DNA from: an uncultured Bacteroidota bacterium
GTDB taxonomy: Bacteria > Bacteroidota > Bacteroidia > Flavobacteriales > Flavobacteriaceae
DNA: 64,000 nt
Assembly (NCBI GenBank): GCA_902618245.1
Contig: CACMZR010000001.1
Coordinates: forward strand, 213,507-277,506
Direction: 5' to 3'
The notes beneath the pieces were generated by a model. The model was not told where the DNA came from. It did no database searches and worked only from the letters and a program-made list of their open reading frames with translations. Made by a program: the position numbers and the translations under genes. Below are positions 1-8,421 of the stretch, one piece after another. Position 1 is the first letter of the stretch; each line of letters starts with the position of its first letter.

Positions 1-932
1 TCTTGCAGTCCAATCGCTAGTGCTTCTAGATCTCTTCCACTCATACCTCCATAAGTAACAAAACCTTCGTTGATAATTGCCAATTGATTAATCATTGGAA
101 ATAATTCTTCGTGTCTTGTACAAATGAATCCCCCTATGTTTACTAATCCATCTTTTTTAGAACTCATTACACATCCATCTGCATAAGAGAATAATTCTTT
201 GGCAATTTCTTTAACCGATTTATTTTCATATCCTTTTTCTCTTTTTTTTATGAAGTAACAATTTTCTGCAAATCTTGCAGCATCTATCATTAAAGGAATA
301 TTATTTGCTTTAGCTATTGATGAAACGCTCCTGATATTTTCCATCGAAACGGGTTGTCCTCCATTTCCATTTGATGTAACTGTAATTATAATGAGTGGAA
401 TATTTTGGCTTCCCTTTTCTGAAATAAATTTTTCAAGTTTTTCCAAATCCATATTTCCCTTAAATGGATAAGGATTTGAATTAGCCGTTCTGCCTTCTTC
501 AATTATGAGATCTACAGGTATTGATCCTGCAATTTCTGAGTGACCTTTAAAACTGTCAAAATGTAAATTACCCAATATATACCCTCCTTTGGAAGCGTAA
601 AGTTGGGACATTATGAAGTCTGCAGCTCTACCTTGATGGGTAGGTTGAACATATGGGAAACCCATTATGTCTTGGACTGAATCTCTGAGATGATAAAAAC
701 TTGAACTTCCAGCATAAGACTCGTCACCTGTCATTATCCCTCCCCATTGCTTACTACTCATCGCCGAAGTACCACTGTCTGTCAACATGTCTATAAATAC
801 ATTTTCTGCAGGTATTTTAAAAATATTGAAATCTGCTGCTTTAACTAGTTTCTCTCTTTCTTCTCTTGTGGTTTTTCTTATGGGCTCCACCATTTTTATT
901 CGAAAAGGTTCTGCATCGTCAAGAAAGTTCAT
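1..932 (-). CDS. PLP-dependent beta-eliminating lyase (tryptophanase / tyrosine phenol-lyase family). N-terminal ~310 codons are present and the C-terminus runs off the window.
   Basis: Not in the ORF track because there is no stop in the window. Hand translation of the minus strand from the ATG at 932-930 gives MNFLDDAEPFRIKMVEPIRKTTREEREKLVKAADFNIFKIPAENVFIDMLTDSGTSAMSSKQWGGIMTGDESYAGSSSFYHLRDSVQDIMG... and later ...ADGCVMSSKKDGLVNIGGFIC, which contains the PLP-lysine motif SxKKD. It is colinear with TnaA/TPL as I remember them. Confidence 0.8.
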   Translation of the reverse strand, partial: MNFLDDAEPFRIKMVEPIRKTTREEREKLVKAADFNIFKIPAENVFIDMLTDSGTSAMSSKQWGGIMTGDESYAGSSSFYHLRDSVQDIMGFPYVQPTHQGRAADFIMSQLYASKGGYILGNLHFDSFKGHSEIAGSIPVDLIIEEGRTANSNPYPFKGNMDLEKLEKFISEKGSQNIPLIIITVTSNGNGGQPVSMENIRSVSSIAKANNIPLMIDAARFAENCYFIKKREKGYENKSVKEIAKELFSYADGCVMSSKKDGLVNIGGFICTRHEELFPMINQLAIINEGFVTYGGMSGRDLEALAIGLQ

Positions 933-1028
933 ATGACATTAATATTAATTACACATTTATTGGCAACTAAAATTACATTTTTCTCGCTTTTTGATAGCTT
1001 TTTTTAATTAATTTTAAATTTTTCGCAG

Positions 1029-1919
1029 ATGAAAAGACGTAATTTTTTAAATCAAATTGGACTTTTAGGTGGGATATCACTCGCAGGGCTTTCAATCGAA
1101 GCATGCAATTCATTTTCTAAATATAAAATGGGTCTTCAGCTTTTTAGTGTTCGTGATGCTATGGAAAAAGATCCAATTGAAACCCTTAAAAAATTAAAAT
1201 TAATGGGATATGAAGATTTTGAAACTTATGGTTACGATCCAAATACTAATAAAATTTACGGTTTAAATATTTCTGATTTCAGTCAAATTTTAAAGGATCT
1301 AGGTCTTTCAACCACTAGTGGTCATTTTGGATTTTCTGATTATTTTAATTCTAATGAAGATAAACTTAAGTGGTTTGTTGATAGTTGCATAGAGGCATCT
1401 AAAAAACTTAAAGCATCCTATATAACTTGGCCGTGGGTACACCCCGATCAGCGTAATTCAGAAAGTTTCAAAATTTTAGCAAACAAGCTGAATCGGATCG
1501 GAGAACAAGTAAATTCTGCTGGTTTAAAATTTGCGTATCATAATCATGGGTATGAATTCGAAGATTGGAACGGAACAACAGGTCACGAAATCTTAATTAG
1601 AGTAACAGATCCAGATTTTGTCAAACTCCAGATGGATATGTATTGGGTTGTACATTCAGGGAAAACTCCAAAAGAGCTGGTTGACCAACACTCAGGACGT
1701 TATACGATGTGGCATATAAAAGATATGGATAAAATAACAAGAGATTATAGTGAATTGGGTAATGGATCAATTGACTATGCTAAAATTCTTCCTGATTCTG
1801 AAAAAAGCGGATTAGAATATTATTACATAGAGCAAGGGGGTAATTTTAAATATAATTCAATGAAAAGTGCAGCAACATCTGCAAAATTCTTTAAGAAAAA
1901 TCTTCAAAACCTAATATAA
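1029..1919 (+). CDS. Xylose isomerase-like TIM-barrel protein (sugar phosphate isomerase/epimerase family) with a twin-arginine (Tat) signal.
   Basis: 296 aa. The N-terminus MKRRNFLNQIGLLGGISLAGLSIEA matches the Tat consensus RRxFL. The internal segments GYE.FE, HNHGYEF and MWHIKD are typical of the AP-endonuclease-2/xylose-isomerase TIM-barrel fold. Confidence 0.7.
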   Translation: MKRRNFLNQIGLLGGISLAGLSIEACNSFSKYKMGLQLFSVRDAMEKDPIETLKKLKLMGYEDFETYGYDPNTNKIYGLNISDFSQILKDLGLSTTSGHFGFSDYFNSNEDKLKWFVDSCIEASKKLKASYITWPWVHPDQRNSESFKILANKLNRIGEQVNSAGLKFAYHNHGYEFEDWNGTTGHEILIRVTDPDFVKLQMDMYWVVHSGKTPKELVDQHSGRYTMWHIKDMDKITRDYSELGNGSIDYAKILPDSEKSGLEYYYIEQGGNFKYNSMKSAATSAKFFKKNLQNLI

Positions 1920-1925
1920 TTTTTT

Positions 1926-2714
1926 TTATTTTACTTTAAAAGCTCCTTTCAAATAAGTTCTTGCTTTTCCACCGATCAATACTCGATCTCCCCTGTTATG
2001 ACATAATAATTCCCCACCTCGCTGAGATAGTTGTTTAGCTTGCATTTCCTCTTTGTTTAATTTTTTTGCCCAGTAAGGTATCAAAGAGCAATGTGCAGAA
2101 CCAGTCACAGGATCTTCAAGTAAAGTAGCTCTTGGAGTGAAAAAACGAGAAACAAAATCAACATTATCTCCTGGTGCTGTTATTATAACTCCACCAGTAC
2201 CAAGATCTAAAGTATCAAAAATATTTCTTTCAATTTGAATATTTTTTACATCTTCCAAGTTTTCATAAACTAAAACAAAGTCCCTTGATTTAAAAACCTC
2301 TTGTGGTTTTTTACTTAAAGATTTTTCTAAATTCAATGGAAGTTCAGCTTTTACTGGCATTCGAGAAGGAAAATTCAAAAAATAATAATCTTTTTCAACA
2401 TTAACACTAACCTTTCCACTAAGAGTCATAAAAATTAGGTTTGACTCAGGATTTTGTAAATGTTTTTTTATAACATGAGCAGTTGCAAGAGTAGCATGTC
2501 CACAGAGGTCCATCTCTAGGTCAGGAGTAAACCATCTTAAATGAATTGTGTCTTTATCTTGAACGAAGAAAGCAGTCTCAGGCACTGCATTTTCTTTTGC
2601 TATATTTAAAAGTATTTCGTCTTCTAACCATTTGTCTAAAGGAACCACGCAAGCCGGATTTCCTTTAAAAATTGAAGTGGTGAATGCATCAACTTGATAA
2701 ACAGAATAGGTCAT
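1926..2714 (-). CDS. PhzF-family isomerase (YddE-like)
   Basis: 262 aa. It starts MTYSVYQVDAFTTSIFKGNPACVVPL and also carries CGHATLATAHV and GSAHCSLIPYW, the classic PhzF repeat signatures. Confidence 0.8.
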   Translation of the reverse strand: MTYSVYQVDAFTTSIFKGNPACVVPLDKWLEDEILLNIAKENAVPETAFFVQDKDTIHLRWFTPDLEMDLCGHATLATAHVIKKHLQNPESNLIFMTLSGKVSVNVEKDYYFLNFPSRMPVKAELPLNLEKSLSKKPQEVFKSRDFVLVYENLEDVKNIQIERNIFDTLDLGTGGVIITAPGDNVDFVSRFFTPRATLLEDPVTGSAHCSLIPYWAKKLNKEEMQAKQLSQRGGELLCHNRGDRVLIGGKARTYLKGAFKVK

Positions 2715-2754
2715 TGTTAAATATAATTACTTTTTGAATCTTATTGGAAAGAAC

Positions 2755-3768
2755 TCAATCAAATCCATGTATACCTTGAACGGTCGTGTATTTTAAAGTA
2801 AATTTCTTTTCTGGATTAATAATTTTATAAGCAGCTTGAACGGCAAGTGTTGCCTCGTGAAAACCACATAAAATCAGCTTCAATTTTCCTGGGTAAGTGT
2901 TGATATCTCCAATAGCAAATATTCCTGGAATATTGGTCTGGTAGTCAATCGTATTATCAACTTTAATTGCATTTTTCTCAATTTCTAAACCCCAATCAAT
3001 AATAGGTCCTAATTTTGGAGACAAACCAAATAGTGGTAACCAAAAATCAACTTTAATAACCTTATTATTTCCATTTTTTTGTTCTATTTCAATTTCTGAC
3101 AACACTTTGTCTCCTTTTAGGCCTACCACCTCAGCATGAGTATATAATTCTAATTTACCTTCATTTTTCAATTCAAATATTTTCTCCACTGAATCCTTAT
3201 GAGCTTTAAATGATTCACTTCTGTGAACTAATCCGACTGATGTATTACTTTGATTTGCAAAAAATATCGCCCAATCTAAAGCTGAATCTCCACCACCCGA
3301 AATAAATACTTTTTTTCCTATAAATAAATCAGGTTCTTTGACAATGAATTCAACCCCTTTTCTCTCAAATTGTGTTAAATTTTGAATTGTTGGTTTTCTT
3401 GGTTCAAAGCTTCCTAAACCACCAGCTATCATTACAACAGGAGCTATATGTTCTGTCCCCTCTCTAGTTGTGACAATAAAACATCCATCTTTTTGCTTTT
3501 TTATTTTTTCAGCCCTTTCACCAAGAGTAAAACCTGGTTTAAAGGGTTTGGCTTGCTCCATTAAATTGTCAACAAGCTCACCAGCCAAAACAGTTGGGTA
3601 GCCAGGGATATCATAGATTGGTTTTTTTGGATAGATCTCTGAAAGTTGTCCTCCAGGATTTGCAATTACGTCAATTAAATGACATCTGAGTTTCATAAGG
3701 CCAGCTTCAAAAACTGCAAAAAGGCCAACTGGACCAGCGCCAATAATAATAATGTCTGTTCTAATCAT
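2755..3768 (-). CDS. Ferredoxin-NADP+ reductase, thioredoxin-reductase-like type (YumC/FNR2 family)
   Basis: It has an FAD Rossmann motif IIIIGAGPVGLFAVFEAG, a second GGGDSALDWA motif and FAIGDI. The ORF-track start at 3780 is a TTG. I prefer the in-frame ATG at 3768 (MIRTDIIIIGAG). Confidence 0.75.
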   Translation of the reverse strand: MIRTDIIIIGAGPVGLFAVFEAGLMKLRCHLIDVIANPGGQLSEIYPKKPIYDIPGYPTVLAGELVDNLMEQAKPFKPGFTLGERAEKIKKQKDGCFIVTTREGTEHIAPVVMIAGGLGSFEPRKPTIQNLTQFERKGVEFIVKEPDLFIGKKVFISGGGDSALDWAIFFANQSNTSVGLVHRSESFKAHKDSVEKIFELKNEGKLELYTHAEVVGLKGDKVLSEIEIEQKNGNNKVIKVDFWLPLFGLSPKLGPIIDWGLEIEKNAIKVDNTIDYQTNIPGIFAIGDINTYPGKLKLILCGFHEATLAVQAAYKIINPEKKFTLKYTTVQGIHGFD

Positions 3769-3825
3769 AGCTTTAACCAAAATTCAAATTTCGTGAGTAT
3801 TTATTGAAATAACTAATCTTAAATT

Positions 3826-5289
3826 CTATAGACCGCTTATGTAACTCCCAAGCGTGTCTTTGAACTGAAAACCTTCAAGAGTTCTATATTTATTTAAACG
3901 CTTGTTGGCTTCAAGTCCCCAAAGAAGAAATTCCATCATAAAATAGATATCATCTTTTTCACATTTAGGGTGATGTTTTTTTATAATATTTTGGATATCT
4001 GGAATCATTTCTAGGGTGTCCCTATATGCACTCTCACTTAAGGTGTCCTCCAGAAAGATTTCATTATCACTTAAAAACCATCCTAAAAGTTTATCATATG
4101 GGCTTTTTTGATCTTCCTTTTCAAGTTTTTTAATCTCAGGGAAATAAGAAGGAAAAAGTGTTTTGCATGCCTCAGAAATTAAATGATAGGAAATTTGTTC
4201 TGCGCCTTCCTGCTCTCCTTCATATACTAATTCGACTTTTCCATTAATGGATGGAATAATTCCTAAAAAATCTGCCATACGAATACATGTATTTTTTTCT
4301 CCATTAATTAAAATTCTTCGCTCCGCAGTACTTATTAGATTTTCAAATGCTGTAATACTCATCCTTGTACTAACTCCACTTTTGGAATCAACATAATCGC
4401 TTTTACGTGCTTCAAAACTTATCTGTTCAAGAATGTCTCTTGCCAACTCAGGAACATGAATTTTTGTTTTGTTGGTGTTTTTAATATTTGCTTCTTGTTT
4501 TGTAATTGCTTTAGCAATTTCGATCGAGTGTGGATAATGTGTTAAAATTTGTGAACCAATTCTATCCTTAAGTGGAGTTACAATGCTACCCCTATTGGTG
4601 TAGTCTTCTGGGTTGGCAGTAAATATGATTTGTGTTTCAATGGGAAGCCTCAATTTAAATCCACGAATTTGAATTTCTTTTTCTTGTAAAATTGAAAAAA
4701 GCGCTACTTGGATTCTTGCCTGTAAATCGGGTAATTCATTTAAAACAAATATACATCTATGGGCTCGAGGTATCATGCCAAAATGTATAACACGTTCATC
4801 AGCATAAGAGAGTCTTAAGTTAGCTGCCTTAATTGGGTCTACATCTCCAATTAAGTCAGCAACAGTAACATCTGGTGTGGCAAGTTTTTCAAAAAAGCGA
4901 TTATCACGATGTAGCCATTTAATTGGAGTTTGCTCCCCTTTTTTAGAAATTAATTCTTTAGCCTCCTGACTAATTGGTGAAAGAGGACAATCATTTATTT
5001 CAGAACCATCTACTATGGGTATCCACTCGTTTAATAATTCGGTCATTTGACGAGCTATTCGAGTTTTAGCTTGTCCTCTTAATCCAAGGAGATTTATATT
5101 ATGTCCAGATAATAAAGCTCTCTCGATATCAGGGATTACTGTATTTTCATACCCAATTAATCCCTCAAATGTACGTAAACCTTTACTTAGGCGTTGTCTC
5201 AAATTACCAGCTAATTCTTGCTGTATGGTTTCTGATTTATAATCAGTTTTTCTTAATTCTCCTAATGTTGTAATTTTTGGTGAATCCAT
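3826..5289 (-). CDS. ChlI/BchI-like AAA+ ATPase (Mg-chelatase-like motor) with variant Walker A and Walker B motifs
   Basis: 487 aa. GLRGQAKT sits at the Walker A position. FVLNELPDL sits where ChlI has hhhhDE. TANPED (sensor 1) and LKDRIG (Arg finger region) are colinear with BchI as remembered. It lies 11 nt downstream of the vWA gene on the same strand. Confidence 0.65.
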   Translation of the reverse strand: MDSPKITTLGELRKTDYKSETIQQELAGNLRQRLSKGLRTFEGLIGYENTVIPDIERALLSGHNINLLGLRGQAKTRIARQMTELLNEWIPIVDGSEINDCPLSPISQEAKELISKKGEQTPIKWLHRDNRFFEKLATPDVTVADLIGDVDPIKAANLRLSYADERVIHFGMIPRAHRCIFVLNELPDLQARIQVALFSILQEKEIQIRGFKLRLPIETQIIFTANPEDYTNRGSIVTPLKDRIGSQILTHYPHSIEIAKAITKQEANIKNTNKTKIHVPELARDILEQISFEARKSDYVDSKSGVSTRMSITAFENLISTAERRILINGEKNTCIRMADFLGIIPSINGKVELVYEGEQEGAEQISYHLISEACKTLFPSYFPEIKKLEKEDQKSPYDKLLGWFLSDNEIFLEDTLSESAYRDTLEMIPDIQNIIKKHHPKCEKDDIYFMMEFLLWGLEANKRLNKYRTLEGFQFKDTLGSYISGL

Positions 5290-5300
5290 ATTTGTAGTTC

Positions 5301-6425
5301 TTATTCTAGTTTTTTTCTTCTGTTTTTATTGTAATCCTCGAAAATCATTTGTCCTAGACCTTTCAAACCAGTAAAGAAGGCTTTTCCTTTATTAATTTCT
5401 GTGAATGTGCGAACGAATTGTTTAAGATAAGGGTCTTGGGCTATCATGAAAGTTGTTATAGGAATTTGTAGTTTTTTTGCTCGCCTAGCCATGTTGTAGC
5501 ATTTTTCTACAATACTTTCATCTAATCCAACACTATTTTTATAGTAATTACCATCAGGCATTTTTAAACAACTCGGTTTGCCATCAGTTATCATAAAAAT
5601 TTGTTTATTAGTATTTTTCTTTCTTCTAAGTAAGTCCAGAGCCAGCTCAAGTCCAGCAACCGTATTAGTATGATAAGGACCGACTTTCAAGTATGGTAAT
5701 TCTTTTAAAGAAATTGGCCATGCATCATTACCGAATACGAGTATATCAAGTGTATCTTTAGGATATTGGGTTGTTATCATTTCAGCTAGAGCCATAGCTA
5801 CTTTTTTAGCGGGTGTAATACGATCCTCACCATAGAGTATCATACTATGACTTATATCTATCATCAATATTGTGCTCATTTGAGTTTTAAAGAAATTATC
5901 TTCAACTACAAGATCATCATGTTGAATCGAAAAGTCATTACTTATTGACCTAATCTGAGCATTTTTTATACTTTGGGTTATATCGATTTTTTCTAATGGG
6001 TCTCCAAATTGGTAAGCCTTATATTCGCCTGTATTATCTTCTCCTTGACCTATTTTTTGTGTTTTGTGATTTCCTGTTTTAGATTTTTTTAATTTTCCAA
6101 AAATCTGTTTAAGGGCGTGTTCTCTGAGAAGCTTTTCGGTTTTTGGGGTTAACGACAATCCCTCTCCATTACCACCTTTTTGATTATTTTGTTTTATATA
6201 TGATTTTTTGAGCAAGTCCTCAATGAAATCGTCAATTGTATAGTCTTCATCTGTAAGCTTATATTCTTTATCAAGTTCTCTGAGCCAATCTATAGCCTCA
6301 TCAAAGTCACCGGAAGTATGAGTAATGAGTTCCTTAAAGATTTCGAATAAACGTTCAAAGGGGGTCTGAACTTTTTTTTGATGTTTAGTAAAACTGATCC
6401 CAGTACCCAAAGATTGTAATTTCAT
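5301..6425 (-). CDS. von Willebrand factor A (vWA) domain protein, CoxE-like, with an intact MIDAS motif
   Basis: The MIDAS motif DISHS (DxSxS) is followed by a later ITDGKPS. The helical N-terminal region is rich in D/E. The ORF-track start at 6434 is a TTG that lies inside a promoter motif. I prefer the ATG at 6425 (MKLQSLGTG). Confidence 0.65.
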   Translation of the reverse strand: MKLQSLGTGISFTKHQKKVQTPFERLFEIFKELITHTSGDFDEAIDWLRELDKEYKLTDEDYTIDDFIEDLLKKSYIKQNNQKGGNGEGLSLTPKTEKLLREHALKQIFGKLKKSKTGNHKTQKIGQGEDNTGEYKAYQFGDPLEKIDITQSIKNAQIRSISNDFSIQHDDLVVEDNFFKTQMSTILMIDISHSMILYGEDRITPAKKVAMALAEMITTQYPKDTLDILVFGNDAWPISLKELPYLKVGPYHTNTVAGLELALDLLRRKKNTNKQIFMITDGKPSCLKMPDGNYYKNSVGLDESIVEKCYNMARRAKKLQIPITTFMIAQDPYLKQFVRTFTEINKGKAFFTGLKGLGQMIFEDYNKNRRKKLE

Positions 6426-6431
6426 AGCCGC

Positions 6432-6439
6432 CAAAAATA
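6432..6439 (-). promoter_or_regulatory. Bacteroidota sigma-A -7 box (TAnnTTTG) for the vWA/ATPase operon
   Basis: The minus strand reads TATTTTTG-GCGGCT-ATG, so the motif ends 6 nt before the ATG at 6425. Confidence 0.35.
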
Positions 6440-6611
6440 CAATTTTTTTAATCTAGAAATTTAAATTCCAATTTAATTTCCAAAACTCTTACCAAACAAT
6501 TAGGTAATTAATAAATTAAATCAATAAAAATTTTAAAATGTGAAAAATTAGAGAAGCATAATTTCAAATTTCTAATCGAAAACTAAAATTGGTCATTTTA
6601 ACAAATTCCCT

Positions 6612-6619
6612 TATATTTG
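6612..6619 (+). promoter_or_regulatory. Bacteroidota -7 box (TATATTTG) for rimP-nusA-infB, with a possible -33 TTG at 6589-6591
   Basis: This is an exact TAnnTTTG match. A TTG lies 20 nt upstream, and the site sits in the 195-nt intergenic region ahead of rimP. Confidence 0.45.
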
Positions 6620-6641
6620 AAACAAATTAATGAAGCAAACC

Positions 6642-6669
6642 AAGGAGACTAAAAGTCCCCTTTTTTTTT
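6642..6669 (+). terminator. Intrinsic-terminator-like hairpin plus U-tract in the rimP-nusA-infB leader (candidate attenuator)
   Basis: AAGGAGACT (6642-6650), loop AAA, then AGTCCCCTT (6654-6662). This forms a 9-bp stem with one A:C mismatch. It runs into a 9-T tract (6661-6669) that ends 2 nt before the ATG at 6672. Confidence 0.45.
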
Positions 6670-6671
6670 AT

Positions 6672-7133
6672 ATGAGTTTACGTTTAAAGGTAGAGAACTT
6701 ATTGTCAGAAATATTAGATGAAAATCCTTCACTTTTCTTGATCGAACTTAAATTAGGAATTGACAATACTATAAGTATTATCCTTGACGGTGATAACGGA
6801 GTTACTTTAAATGATTGTATCAAAATAAGTAGGTTTATTGAGCATCATTTAGATAGAGATGATGAAGATTTCTCTCTCGAAGTTACATCCTCAGGGGTTG
6901 GTAATCCTTTAAAAAATAGCAGGCAATTTTTAAAGAACATTGGCAGAAAACTTGAAGTCGAATTATTAAATGGTTCTTCATTACAGGGTTTGTTAGATAC
7001 AGCTGATGATTTAGGATTTACTTTGAAATGGAAACAAAGAGAACCCAAACCTGTTGGTAAGGGTAAGATAACAGTAGAAAAAATTGAGAAACTGTCTTAT
7101 GATGAAGTTATTAAAACAATTGTATTAGTATAA
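6672..7133 (+). CDS. rimP: Ribosome maturation factor RimP
   Basis: Key segments are LFLIELKLGIDNTISIILDGDNGVTLNDCIKISRFIEHHLD and EDFSLEVTSSGVGNPL. The gene is the first of the conserved rimP-nusA-infB trio. The ORF track starts at 6630, but that extension (MKQTKETKSPLFFY) is encoded by the hairpin and T-tract. The ATG at 6672 gives the usual ~153 aa. Confidence 0.8.
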   Translation: MSLRLKVENLLSEILDENPSLFLIELKLGIDNTISIILDGDNGVTLNDCIKISRFIEHHLDRDDEDFSLEVTSSGVGNPLKNSRQFLKNIGRKLEVELLNGSSLQGLLDTADDLGFTLKWKQREPKPVGKGKITVEKIEKLSYDEVIKTIVLV

Positions 7134-7146
7134 AGTAATATTTAAA

Positions 7147-8379
7147 ATGGAAAATTTTGCCTTAATTGATTCTTTTTCAGAATTTAAAGATGACAAACTA
7201 ATTGACAGAGTAACATTAATGGTTATTTTGGAAGATGTATTTAAGAATACTCTAAAACGTAAATTTGGATCTGATGAAAATTTCGATATTATCATCAACC
7301 CAGATAAAGGAGATTTGGAAATCTGGAGAAACAGGGTTGTAGTAGAAAACGGAAAAGTTGAAGATCCAAATCAAGAAATTGAACTCAGCGAAGCACAGAA
7401 AATTGAACCTGACTTCGAAGTTGGAGAAGATGTGTCTGAAGAGGTAAAGCTAATTGACTTAGGAAGAAGATCAATTCAATATTTGAGACAAAACCTTGTC
7501 GCCAAAATTTTTGAACATGATAGCACAAACATTTTTAAACAATTTAAGGATAGGGAAGGCGATTTATTTACTGCAGAAGTTCATCACATTAGAAACAGAG
7601 AAATTATCCTTTTAGATGACGACGGTAACGAAATAATACTTCCAAAAGATCGTCAGATTCCAAGTGATTTTTTTCGTAAAGGAGACAATGTGAGAGGTGT
7701 TATTGAGAGTGTTGAACTTAGGGGTAACAAGCCTAGAATTATACTATCAAGAACTTCACCGGTTTTTTTAGAGAAACTTTTTGAACAAGAAATTCCTGAA
7801 GTTTTTGATGGACTTATCACAATAAAAAAAGCTGTTAGAATTCCTGGAGAGAAAGCGAAAGTTGCTGTAGATTCATATGACGACAGAATAGATCCGGTTG
7901 GTGCTTGTGTTGGAATGAAAGGATCGCGTATTCATGGGATTGTAAGAGAGTTAGGAAATGAAAATATTGATGTTGTTAATTATACTAATAATCTTCAGCT
8001 CTTTATTTCTAGGGCACTGAGTCCTGCTAAAATCAGTTCACTTAAAATTGACGAAGAAAATAAACAAGTTGAAGTTTTTTTAAATCCAGAGGAAGTTTCA
8101 AAAGCAATTGGTAAAGGAGGTTCAAATATTCGCCTTGCAGGTAAATTAACAGGTTACGAAATCGATGTTTTCCGTGAAGGGGTTGAAGAAGATATTGAGC
8201 TTAAAGAATTTAGTGATGAGATAGAAGAATGGGTTATAGAAGAATTTAAAAAAGTAGGATTAGACACAGCGAAAAGTATTTTAGAACTAGAAAAAACAGA
8301 TTTAATAAAAAGAACTGATTTAGAAGATGAAACAGTCGAGGAGGTTCTACGTATACTGAGAGAAGAATTTGAAGAGTAG
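7147..8379 (+). CDS. nusA: Transcription termination/antitermination factor NusA
   Basis: 410 aa. It has an S1 domain (GDNVRGVIESV), KH domains (DPVGACVGMKGSRIHGIVRELGNENIDVV and AIGKGGSNIRLAGKLTGYEIDV) and the expected operon context. Confidence 0.95.
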   Translation: MENFALIDSFSEFKDDKLIDRVTLMVILEDVFKNTLKRKFGSDENFDIIINPDKGDLEIWRNRVVVENGKVEDPNQEIELSEAQKIEPDFEVGEDVSEEVKLIDLGRRSIQYLRQNLVAKIFEHDSTNIFKQFKDREGDLFTAEVHHIRNREIILLDDDGNEIILPKDRQIPSDFFRKGDNVRGVIESVELRGNKPRIILSRTSPVFLEKLFEQEIPEVFDGLITIKKAVRIPGEKAKVAVDSYDDRIDPVGACVGMKGSRIHGIVRELGNENIDVVNYTNNLQLFISRALSPAKISSLKIDEENKQVEVFLNPEEVSKAIGKGGSNIRLAGKLTGYEIDVFREGVEEDIELKEFSDEIEEWVIEEFKKVGLDTAKSILELEKTDLIKRTDLEDETVEEVLRILREEFEE

Positions 8380-8421
8380 GCAGCATAAATTTTTATTATT
8401 TTTATAGATTTTAATTGACAA

